13,754 nucleotides of DNA from IMG/VR virus record IMGVR_UViG_2534682222_000011. One strand, given 5' to 3'. Below, piece after piece: positions 1 to 8,015 of this stretch; position 1 is the stretch's first letter, and every line of letters starts with the position of its first letter. The notes under the pieces were generated by a model that was not told the DNA's origin, made no database searches, and worked only from the letters and a program-made list of their open reading frames with translations. The position numbers were made by a program, and so were the translations under genes. This DNA comes from a virus (Duplodnaviria > Heunggongvirae > Uroviricota > Caudoviricetes).

Positions 1-192
1 AGATCTACTTTAGCAAGCCAAAATGTCACGAAGTTATCTGATGACATAACTTATCCTTGATAATTATTGTATGGATAGATTATCCAGAAATTTGCGAACT
101 GAGTCGGTCATTTTTTTTTTGTGTGCGCGTGATGTAATAAAGGTTCAGGAATATACTGTCAGTTTACTGAAAAACTGGCAACAGAGGCGGTT

Positions 193-420
193 ATGAGCGA
201 GAGTTACGAGTTCTCAGCAGGTTGTTTTTTGAAGCTATCAATATCTTCAGGGTATTTCACTATCAAAATTCAGGGAGATCTCCCCGCTCGTGCAGCTAGT
301 GCCATCTTGGCAGATGATGTCGAGCAGGTTTTATCTCAACTAGACAAATGTTTTCAGCTGAGTAATAGGCAACGAGAAGGGATCGTTAAGTATCTTATGT
401 CGAAGGGGATGCAGCCTTGA
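193..420 (+). CDS. hypothetical small protein (75 aa)
   Basis: ATG-initiated ORF; its TGA stop (418-420) overlaps the ATG (420-422) of the next ORF, suggesting translational coupling. No recognisable motif. Confidence 0.4.
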   Translation: MSESYEFSAGCFLKLSISSGYFTIKIQGDLPARAASAILADDVEQVLSQLDKCFQLSNRQREGIVKYLMSKGMQP

Positions 421-878
421 TGACTTGGATCACCCAAACAGATAACTGGACAGGGATCGCGGCGTGGGCGGGTTTTGCTTTGTCCGTATTTCAATTACTA
501 AAATCCAGAACATCGCTAAGGCTTTATCTCGGATGTGATCAGCACGAGGACAGGATATACGTTTCGAACATAAGCGCACACGATGTAACGTTGAGTGCAG
601 CCGGTGTGGTAACAGCCAGTGGACGCCTTAGAATGTTATCCGACGAATATTCGGACGAGAACATGATCACACCGATGCTGCCAAAAAGATTGAAAGCACG
701 AGACGAAATGGTCTTGAACGTGCCATTCATAAATAAGGCTCATCACAACAAAGTGCATCATCGTGGCGGGGTTTATATCAAAACATCTGACGGCAAGATG
801 TTCAGTGATGTTTGTTGGATCAAACGCCAATGGTGGTGGTTACTGTCTGTAATACTACGAGACACAAAGCGATACTAA
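420..878 (+). CDS. hypothetical membrane-anchored protein (152 aa)
   Basis: N-terminal hydrophobic stretch WTGIAAWAGFALSVFQLL fits a single TM helix or signal anchor. ATG at 420 preferred over the TTG at 417 used by the ORF track. Confidence 0.45.
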   Translation: MTWITQTDNWTGIAAWAGFALSVFQLLKSRTSLRLYLGCDQHEDRIYVSNISAHDVTLSAAGVVTASGRLRMLSDEYSDENMITPMLPKRLKARDEMVLNVPFINKAHHNKVHHRGGVYIKTSDGKMFSDVCWIKRQWWWLLSVILRDTKRY

Positions 879-968
879 GTTGATTGATAGTCCGAGGTGA
901 TGTTCTGCCCAGCGTAGTTGCTGGGTGATACACCTTCAATGATTCTTGTTAGTGTGTAGGGGGGGGGC

Positions 969-1187
969 ATGTTGGATTTTAAAGCTGAGTTTGTTGGCGG
1001 CAGCCATAGCGGCGAGGTTATATCACCGATGTCCGAGGTAGAACTTAATAAACTAGGGTATAGAGTCCATTTACGTGGTGCCCCCTCTGGCGATGAAATG
1101 CCTGTACACGTTGTTGTACCTATTGAATGGTCAGCGGATGAAGCACACAGAGCCATAATGCAGCGCTGGGGTAAACGCAGACGGTAG
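969..1187 (+). CDS. hypothetical protein (72 aa)
   Basis: ORF with balanced charged composition, directly preceded by a G9 homopolymer (959-967). The competing antisense ORF 875-1198 is S/T/P-rich low-complexity and judged less likely. Confidence 0.3.
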   Translation: MLDFKAEFVGGSHSGEVISPMSEVELNKLGYRVHLRGAPSGDEMPVHVVVPIEWSADEAHRAIMQRWGKRRR

Positions 1188-1904
1188 ATGTCGCGCATTT
1201 CTCTTAAACTGGCTGCTGTGTTTGGTGCTAATTATCCATGCAAAGTGGCCTAAGCTACGTGGAAGAATGATCAGTTTCGCATTATTTGGTTCAAGGAGGG
1301 CTCCCCCACAGCCTCACTCTCTGAATGCAAAACAGCCCCACAATCCCACTGTTAAAAGTCCCAGCTTGAAAATTGCACGCTTATGGTTGCCCCTCCCTCA
1401 ACTCTATAGCTCGCCCGCGCCCCCGTGTGCATGTGCGTGCCCGCGCGTCAGGGGTCGCTGAGAAACCCTAAGATTTTGCTCATCCGAGACAAGCATTACA
1501 GGAGCGTGCTACTGAGCGAGATGCTGGCTGATTGCTGTTGCTGAATAACCGTGTGGGACGAGTGCTGCGATCATCTGCCTTTCACTGTGTATCTGTACAT
1601 CCCTCTAAAACGATCTGTATCGCTCTGTGCTGCGTTCTGTGCTTCCAATGTGTGATTCAATGCCTTTGTGATTTCGAGATCGTGGCGGTGCCGTGCTGAT
1701 CTGCTGCGTGCGCTCTACGCTGTGTTCGCTGGATGTGCCGGGGAATGCTGCTGTGGGGCGGTGCCAGTCTCTTTCGGGTATACCTGATAAAGACATAGAC
1801 ACACTGTCTCATTTGACTATCTATAAAACTCTATTGACTACACATTATTGATGTGATCTCTTATAGGTCTTGCTGTGATATTTCATTGAGACTTAGGGGG
1901 AAGC

Positions 1905-2537
1905 ATGGCACACAATGCGCTTATCTATTGCCGCGCCAGTACATCAGAGCAACACGCAGACCGGGCGCTGGGCTTGCTGCGAGAGTTCGCCAGTGATCGG
2001 GGCTGGCCTGTACGGGCGGAGTACATCGAGAACGCCAGCGGTGCGAGGCTGGCGCGTCCTGAACTAATGCGCTTGCTGGATGATGCGCAGGCCGGAGAGG
2101 TCTTGCTTGTCGAGAGCATCGACAGGCTAAGCCGCCTTACGCAAAAGGAATGGGCGACACTGAAACAGAGGATTCAGGATAAGGGACTGGTGATCGTTGC
2201 CGTTGACCTGCCAACCTCATGGCAACTACTGAACGATACGGCGTCAGAGCTTACAGAGGGCATCCTGAGAGCTGTTAACGCAATGCTGATTGATATCCTC
2301 GCTACGATGGCACGAGTGGACTACGAGACACGCAGAGCACGCCAAGCGCAGGGCATCAAGCGTGCCAAAGCCGAGGGGAAATATAACGGGAAGTCTAAGG
2401 ATGAGAGCGCCCGTGAAACTGTCCGCGCTATGCTTACCGTTGGGAATAAACCAGAGCACATCATGAAAGCTGCCGGGATAAGCCGGGCAACGTTCTACCG
2501 TATCAAACGTGAGCTGTCCGCCAGCGTTACAGAGTGA
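1905..2537 (+). CDS. serine recombinase, resolvase/invertase family (210 aa)
   Basis: N-terminal catalytic motif LIYCRASTSEQ (Y-x-R-x-S-T-x-x-Q, presumed nucleophile Ser), SG...R...GEVLLVESIDRLSR core, and C-terminal helix-turn-helix (ISRATFYRIKRE), as in small serine recombinases. Purine-rich SD-like GGGGGAAG precedes the ATG. Confidence 0.9.
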   Translation: MAHNALIYCRASTSEQHADRALGLLREFASDRGWPVRAEYIENASGARLARPELMRLLDDAQAGEVLLVESIDRLSRLTQKEWATLKQRIQDKGLVIVAVDLPTSWQLLNDTASELTEGILRAVNAMLIDILATMARVDYETRRARQAQGIKRAKAEGKYNGKSKDESARETVRAMLTVGNKPEHIMKAAGISRATFYRIKRELSASVTE

Positions 2538-2953
2538 TGACCTACAGTCTGATGAGATGCCAGCACTGGCCGTTACTGGGCTGTGGGTGATGGATGGCCT
2601 ACAGCTTTTGTATTGATATCAGATATTTATGTTATGCCTAATCTCGTAATGGTATGATTTATAATGTATTTCCGTATTACTTGCGGCTCTTGATATGAAG
2701 AGATGGCGGGGCTTTAGCCGTGCCAGACGATGAGTATCAAGATCAGATTGTGAATGTGATTTATCACTGAACAATTCGAGGGATGGGGCAGGGGAAGGGA
2801 TCAAAGGCTGTGTTGTCCAATCACTCAGCTAGATTTGAAGCAGGGCAACACCTTCGTTTTACCTTTAAAGTTGCATTTAAAATACATGTACAGAAAAGGG
2901 TTCTTCCCTTTCATCCCTTCTCCTAATCAGTGTTATCGCTTTTCGCTCTACAC

Positions 2954-3023
2954 TGGCTGCGCTTCTCGCTATGCTCCAGCCCGCTCCATCGCCTTTGGCT
3001 CATTCCCGGCCTTCGCCCGCTGT
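2954..3023 (+). repeat. scrambled tRNA-Gly 3'-half-like fragments (possible decayed att scar / left junction)
   Basis: Contains GCTCTACA, CCCGCTCCA, ATTCCC and a 12-nt exact match CCTTCGCCCGCT to the tRNA-derived att at 13224-13251, same orientation but out of order. Confidence 0.3.
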
Positions 3024-3080
3024 GATGCTCGGCCCTCCACGCAACCGTGCTTGCCAGGCAGTCAACGCGGCGGGGATAGA

Positions 3081-3113
3081 GTAGTGGTACGGTACTATAT
3101 TGGGATATGGTAC
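3081..3113 (+). repeat. GGTAC direct repeats (candidate integrase arm-type sites)
   Basis: GGTAC at 3086-3090, 3091-3095 and 3109-3113. The reverse-complement motif ([C/G]TACC) is clustered at 13152-13182 next to the integrase start. Confidence 0.25.
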
Positions 3114-3288
3114 TCACAATGCCGCTTATAACCCCTTACATCCCAGCATCCCAACAAACCTACTGAAAGTTATCAGCAAATCATTCATCAAGTCAGACAG
3201 GGCAAGGCTTACAAAGGTGTTGATTAAAAAATAATCAAATTAGAGTTTCTACTGTGGCAAAACGAACACCACTCGCTTGTGCATACGT

Positions 3289-3354
3289 AGTGACCTACAT
3301 GAAAGTCACTACTAAAGAGGGACAGAACATTCAACGTCACTGCTGACATGAAAT
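3289..3354 (+). promoter_or_regulatory. operator-like repeats upstream of helicase gene
   Basis: Dyad AGTGAC-N10-GTCACT (3289-3310) and direct repeat ACATGAAA (3297-3304 and 3347-3354), in the non-coding leader 75-140 bp upstream of the 3428 start. Confidence 0.3.
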
Positions 3355-3427
3355 TCTCTCTACGGGCAGCTCGGCGCTGCCGTCCTGCGCCTCGTTCTAA
3401 ACTCACCTTAATTTTGGAGATTTCACC

Positions 3428-5272
3428 ATGCCAACGAACCTACGCCGTTTGCTTGCGCAGGCTGCCGACGCTGACCCGCTCAATACCGCAAACGCAGATG
3501 TACAGCAAATGGTCGCTGACGGGATTGTTATTCGGCGTTCCAAGATATGCCCGATAAAGCATAAACCCGTTAAGGCGGCATACAACACGAAGACCGAAGA
3601 GTTTTATTACAATGCTGATGGCTCCGCTATGACCCTGCGGGAATGGCGAGCGCTGCATGGTGTTCAACCGAAGAAGCAAAAACAGCGCTCTGACACGGGG
3701 TTGCGGCAAGTCATCCAGCCCGGTGACGCAATTCATTGCCGACGCGCTGAGATAGAAATGTGGCTCAACAAGAAGCCTGCTCGGTATGCTGACCCGCTGC
3801 CGCCTGATTTTCCCGGTGTTCGCGTAGATGATGCCGCATTGAAACCGCGCGAGCACGCCGTTTCGGCATCGACAACCGGGCAGAATGCTTTTCTCAAAGC
3901 CTGCCGCGAGTTCCTGATTTGTGATGAGAAGACTATACACCGCATCAACAGGGGCATGAATAAACTGGAAGCGATGCGCAATTCAGATTTCAAACGCTAC
4001 GGGGACTCAGCGGAGTTTCGTCAATTGTGGTGTGGAGAGTCGAAACCTACCGAGGATAAATTTAACAGTACAAATCATCATTGTGACCCAAACGGCTTGG
4101 CAGTGTCGCCGTCTGTGCCGTCACTGAATACAGCCTCTTATGAGTTTCGCCCGCTGGTTCGCTGTGACCGAAACGCACGCGTTAGCCTGTTGCCACCCGA
4201 TGGGCTGGAGTGGAGGCCGGGGCAGTTGTCTGTTGCTGATGCGATCTTCTCCCGTGGTAGTGATGTGCTGGCCGTTCTGCCTACGGGTTATGGCAAGACC
4301 GCCGCCTTCGCTTATCCATTGATTTATGAGTCCCGCGCTGGCGTTGGCCTGTCTGTAATCGTGGTTCCCACTAATACCCTAAAGCGCCAGATTCTCCGCC
4401 AGTTGCGGGATGCTGGCGTTCACGCTGTGGCATTCGGTGACAAGTTGCCGAGGCACCGCAACGCTCAACAACTCGCGGGGCTGGCTGCCGGGGCGTTCCG
4501 TGTTGCTGTCGTTTCACCTGAGCATCTTGTTCTGTCGAGTCAGGTCTTCGCGGCGCTGATGGCTTACGGCGTTGATCGTTTTATCATCGACGAAGCGCAC
4601 ACGGTTAAAGACTGGGATTTCCGACCCGCTTACGAGGCCATGCAGCACTCGCTACAACATGCCTTTCTTTCGGCTCAACGCTGCGTATTTACGGCTACGC
4701 TGCTACGCGAAAATGAGCGCAGTTTAATGGCGTCGCTTGGCTGCCGTGGTGATTACGTAACATTCCGTGCTGATGTTGCTCGCGAAAATATCCAGTTGAC
4801 GACAGTCAGACAGTGCCGCGAACGTTTCCGAGCGGCTATTGGTCTGGTCGAGGCTCTGCCGAAAGAAGAGAAGACGCTCATTCTCGTCAATGACCTTAAG
4901 ACGTTGCGGGCGTACCTGAAACTCTTAGGCGACCGGGCGCGCCCATATCACTCGAAGACGATGCACTTGAGTAACGAAGAACGCCACGCAAACGCTGAGT
5001 GGTTTGCCACTACGCCGGGCGCAATTCTGATTGCTACTAAAGCCTTCGGGCTGGGGGCTGATGTGCCAGACATTCGCAACGTCATCGTTACATATATTCC
5101 TGATGACCTGCCTGACCTCATTCAGATGATTGGACGAGCCGGGCGCGATGGTCAACCTGCCCGCGCGTTTCTGCTGTGGTCATCGCTGGCGCTGGATGCT
5201 GCGCCTGATGAGCTTGCTTACTTCTACCGCCCTGAAAACTGCAACTGGCAGTACATCGCTAAATACCTCTGA
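3428..5272 (+). CDS. SF2 DEAH-box helicase, RecQ-like core, with ~270-aa N-terminal extension (614 aa)
   Basis: Helicase motifs in order: LPTGYGKT (I/Walker A), VVPTNTL (Ia), IIDEAH (II), FTATL (III), LIATKAFGLGADV (V), QMIGRAGRDGQ (VI, RecQ-type). N-terminal part has an excisionase/AlpA-like winged-helix signature (TLREWRALHGV ... GDAIHCRRAEIEMWL). GGAG RBS 10 nt upstream of the ATG. Confidence 0.9.
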   Translation: MPTNLRRLLAQAADADPLNTANADVQQMVADGIVIRRSKICPIKHKPVKAAYNTKTEEFYYNADGSAMTLREWRALHGVQPKKQKQRSDTGLRQVIQPGDAIHCRRAEIEMWLNKKPARYADPLPPDFPGVRVDDAALKPREHAVSASTTGQNAFLKACREFLICDEKTIHRINRGMNKLEAMRNSDFKRYGDSAEFRQLWCGESKPTEDKFNSTNHHCDPNGLAVSPSVPSLNTASYEFRPLVRCDRNARVSLLPPDGLEWRPGQLSVADAIFSRGSDVLAVLPTGYGKTAAFAYPLIYESRAGVGLSVIVVPTNTLKRQILRQLRDAGVHAVAFGDKLPRHRNAQQLAGLAAGAFRVAVVSPEHLVLSSQVFAALMAYGVDRFIIDEAHTVKDWDFRPAYEAMQHSLQHAFLSAQRCVFTATLLRENERSLMASLGCRGDYVTFRADVARENIQLTTVRQCRERFRAAIGLVEALPKEEKTLILVNDLKTLRAYLKLLGDRARPYHSKTMHLSNEERHANAEWFATTPGAILIATKAFGLGADVPDIRNVIVTYIPDDLPDLIQMIGRAGRDGQPARAFLLWSSLALDAAPDELAYFYRPENCNWQYIAKYL

Positions 5273-5310
5273 GTCGAAAGGCTCCCCCTCATTCTCTGGA
5301 GTTAATCCAT

Positions 5311-5748
5311 ATGCCTGTTACCGAACATGCGCAGCGTCGTGCTACGCGTGCGGATGCGCTCGTCACCGCACAACTTGCCTTCGCCCTGAACGGATATTCC
5401 TTCGATGGGTTAGCTGAGCGCCACCGCCAGACTCTTAATCGTGCGGCCATCTTGCGCCAAGCTGGTACGCCGCTACAGCGGTATTGCCTGCTCAATCACT
5501 GTGAGCCTTGGGAATGTCTGGCCGCTGTGCTGAATAGATTCCGACGCCGGGAGGATGGCGCTCGTCTTTGGCCGACCTATCGCATGGCTCGTGAGGTCTT
5601 TAATGGGACTGTTCACCCTGCCAACAAGACGCGCGACGAGATATTTCAATCTGTGCAGCGTCGCCTCTTTTTACCAAAACCAGTACACGCCGAAGTAATC
5701 CAGTACCTGCGCGTAATGGGGCTGACAGGAGTTAATCCGCATGACTAA
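5311..5748 (+). CDS. hypothetical protein (145 aa)
   Basis: ORF with GGAG RBS about 10 nt upstream; first in a chain of overlapping, translationally coupled ORFs. Confidence 0.6.
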   Translation: MPVTEHAQRRATRADALVTAQLAFALNGYSFDGLAERHRQTLNRAAILRQAGTPLQRYCLLNHCEPWECLAAVLNRFRRREDGARLWPTYRMAREVFNGTVHPANKTRDEIFQSVQRRLFLPKPVHAEVIQYLRVMGLTGVNPHD

Positions 5749-5947
5749 AACCGAGTTTGAAAATGAAACGTGGCGAATGAAAGGCTTGCTTCTTGGGGCG
5801 CTAATCCGCCGCCTTGAGGAAGACAAGGCTGGTGAGTCGCGCATGGCCGCAGCGGAGTTATCCAGTGCGGTCAACTTCCTTAAGGCCAATGCCGTAGAAG
5901 CGCCGGACACGTCATTTAACCGTGTATTTGAGGATGACGAGCAATGA
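5741..5947 (+). CDS. hypothetical protein (68 aa)
   Basis: Start overlaps the end of the upstream ORF by 8 nt; GGAG RBS with the same spacing as the upstream gene; acidic C-terminus. Confidence 0.5.
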   Translation: MTKTEFENETWRMKGLLLGALIRRLEEDKAGESRMAAAELSSAVNFLKANAVEAPDTSFNRVFEDDEQ

Positions 5948-6120
5948 CACCCGCAGAGTTTAGAGCATGGTTTGCAACCCTGCCGCCGAACTATCAGAGC
6001 GCAGCACGAGCCATGTATGAAAGCGCCCGCAAGACGGGAACACACACCGCTTCCAGCCTGCTACTCATTCGCACGCTGATTGAAGATCAAATCAATTTCG
6101 ATGGAGACTTTACCTTATGA
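5944..6120 (+). CDS. hypothetical protein (58 aa), not in supplied ORF track
   Basis: Hand-translated: ATG at 5944 overlaps the upstream TGA (ATGA); uninterrupted to TGA at 6118-6120, which overlaps the next ATG at 6117 (ATGA). Fits the coupled-operon pattern. Confidence 0.4.
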   Translation: MTPAEFRAWFATLPPNYQSAARAMYESARKTGTHTASSLLLIRTLIEDQINFDGDFTL

Positions 6121-6680
6121 CAGTTCTGAGCCTGACCGATATCCAGCGCATCAATACCCTCGTTAAGCGCGACCTTCGCAATGTGGAAGAGGTAGTCGCT
6201 GCAACCGGATTTGACCCGGAGGACGTTGACGCGGTGCTGCGCGGCGTTTATGTAGCCGACCTTGCCAACCAGTGGAGGGATGAAGCCGCTATTACGCTGG
6301 AGGAATACAACGCCATCCGTAAGCGCTGGAAACCGGGGCGCGGCCACTGGGACACTGCACATGCCATTGCACGCGATTTTCTAATTCGGCCTGAAACTGT
6401 GCTGGCTATCGTCCATTCCCGCTTTAGCAACGCCCACACCCACCCGATGCCGAAAGCAGTTAAAGCAAAGCCTGAGAAACCGCAGACGATGCGCCGCCTG
6501 TTGAGCGCCGACCTCGATCAGATGCACAAGCTGGAGCGCTTCGGCTGGAAACAAACCGAGATCGCTGGGGAGCTTGGGATCTCTGCTGAGGCTGTTGCTC
6601 ATGTCCTGCGCCTGATGCGTAGCAAGTGGTCTTATCCAGATATTTTGGAAGACGTTAACACGCGATTCGGGGCTAAGTGA
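6117..6680 (+). CDS. hypothetical DNA-binding protein with C-terminal HTH (187 aa)
   Basis: C-terminal segment WKQTEIAGELGISAEAVAHVLRLM resembles a helix-turn-helix; start overlaps upstream stop. Confidence 0.65.
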   Translation: MTVLSLTDIQRINTLVKRDLRNVEEVVAATGFDPEDVDAVLRGVYVADLANQWRDEAAITLEEYNAIRKRWKPGRGHWDTAHAIARDFLIRPETVLAIVHSRFSNAHTHPMPKAVKAKPEKPQTMRRLLSADLDQMHKLERFGWKQTEIAGELGISAEAVAHVLRLMRSKWSYPDILEDVNTRFGAK

Positions 6681-6913
6681 TGGCAGAGAACGAACCGCTG
6701 CACCCTGCCGTTAACCCTGATCTCTATGTGAACCTTGACGAACAGCGCGAGGGATACGCCCCGTTTGAATCACGCGGCTGGGATGTGCTGACACAGAACC
6801 TGTCCGGGGAAGGGCGAACTGATCCCGGCCAAGCACCAAACCAGAATCCAAGGCAGCGACCGCGTGGCTCCGTTGGCGAGCGACGTTGGTTGCGTCGTCA
6901 TGGCCTTATCTAA
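6680..6913 (+). CDS. hypothetical protein (77 aa)
   Basis: ATG at 6680 overlaps the upstream TGA (TGATG); the ORF track's GTG at 6677 is less likely. Basic, Pro/Arg-rich C-terminus. Confidence 0.45.
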   Translation: MAENEPLHPAVNPDLYVNLDEQREGYAPFESRGWDVLTQNLSGEGRTDPGQAPNQNPRQRPRGSVGERRWLRRHGLI

Positions 6914-6927
6914 CTGAGGATTATTTC

Positions 6928-7167
6928 ATGAGCACCATTATTTTAATGGAGCCACGCCGCGCGGCTGATTGCGGGCAACAACTGAAATTCATTGCCGAAG
7001 CCTTGAATCTTCGTCAAATCGATTTGGCTCATGTGTACCAGATCGACAGACAAGATCTCGGCAAAGCGTACCACGGACAGAAGATGATTCCTGCCCGATG
7101 CGTACACGCGCACATGCTTTTACTTGAACTGGCACATCGCCGAGTTACATCACAAGAGGTTGCATAA
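6928..7167 (+). CDS. hypothetical protein (79 aa), possible small HTH regulator
   Basis: ATG at 6928 with GAGGA RBS 7 nt upstream, preferred over the TTG at 6886. Segment LNLRQIDLAHVYQIDRQDLGK is HTH-like. Confidence 0.45.
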   Translation: MSTIILMEPRRAADCGQQLKFIAEALNLRQIDLAHVYQIDRQDLGKAYHGQKMIPARCVHAHMLLLELAHRRVTSQEVA

Positions 7168-7169
7168 TC

Positions 7170-7856
7170 ATGGCTGACCAGAATGTTAATCCGTACCTTT
7201 CGGGCGCTGATACTGCGCCGCAGCAATCGCCGTACATGGCCGCACCTGTAGGCGCTGACAACGGCGCTAGCAGATTCGACCAGACAACACCTGATGCTGA
7301 TTTCCTGAAAACGCAGCCAGCGAACATTAATCAAAGCTGGAACGAAAGTAACTTTGCCAACCAGCAAGACCAGCAGATTGATGTTGCTGCGCAAGTGGGC
7401 GACACGCTGCAATTACAGGATGGCACTACTGTTGAGTTGACTCCTGAACTTCATGGGCTGATGGGGCAGTTTCACCAGTCTGTCGAAAGCCAGCTAGGGC
7501 AGGGGACAGTTGACGCGATGTTGCAGTACGCTGGCACGCTCGACGCCGGGACGCAATCAACCCTTGAACGGATGGTTATGTCTGGCGACCCTGCGCAGAT
7601 GCAGCGGGCGGTTCATTATCTGCAAGAGCGTATGGTCGCAGGCACTGCGACTGGTTATGTCCCATCACAGGGGAACCCATACGGCCAGCCTGCCTCGCAA
7701 CCTGTTGGTATGTCTCATGCTGAGTTTATTGCAGCGTATGATCAGCTTTCGCAGTGGGCGCAGCAATCAGGGTATGGCCCCGGCCATCGCCAGTACGACG
7801 ATCAATACCGCGCTCTGGTTGCGCAGCGCTCCGCTGGCAAACGCGCTGGCCGTTAA
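7170..7856 (+). CDS. hypothetical Gln/Ala-rich acidic protein (228 aa)
   Basis: AAGAGG RBS 10 nt upstream of ATG. Q-rich, acidic, low-complexity composition of the kind seen in scaffold or decoration-type proteins, but no diagnostic motif. Confidence 0.65.
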   Translation: MADQNVNPYLSGADTAPQQSPYMAAPVGADNGASRFDQTTPDADFLKTQPANINQSWNESNFANQQDQQIDVAAQVGDTLQLQDGTTVELTPELHGLMGQFHQSVESQLGQGTVDAMLQYAGTLDAGTQSTLERMVMSGDPAQMQRAVHYLQERMVAGTATGYVPSQGNPYGQPASQPVGMSHAEFIAAYDQLSQWAQQSGYGPGHRQYDDQYRALVAQRSAGKRAGR

Positions 7857-7916
7857 GCAATCGCCTGTCCTGTCTTCCCCACGTCTTAACCTTACGTTTT
7901 AGAGCCTGAATCGCGT

Positions 7917-7936
7917 TGTACATCGCCAGATGTACA
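7917..7936. promoter_or_regulatory. TGTACA-N8-TGTACA palindromic repeat pair (candidate activator/operator site)
   Basis: TGTACATCGCCAGATGTACA lies in the 160-bp intergenic gap between the 228-aa and 115-aa genes. Confidence 0.3.
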
Positions 7937-8015
7937 TTCGTATACCTGCACCTGTAAAACGCGAAATTACCTCTCAAACACCACACATAAACCCACTTTG
8001 CATTGAGATCTGACA

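Noticed and set aside
1222-1461. 79-aa plus-strand ORF (and the 98-aa ORF at 2835-3131)
   Set aside because: Both lie in repeat-bearing non-coding tracts, have Pro/Cys/Arg-rich low-complexity translations and no RBS; more likely chance ORFs.
5671-6045. 124-aa minus-strand ORF (and similar antisense ORFs at 7029-7412 and 9987-10547)
   Set aside because: Each overlaps a tightly coupled plus-strand gene chain; no RBS or operon logic supports them.
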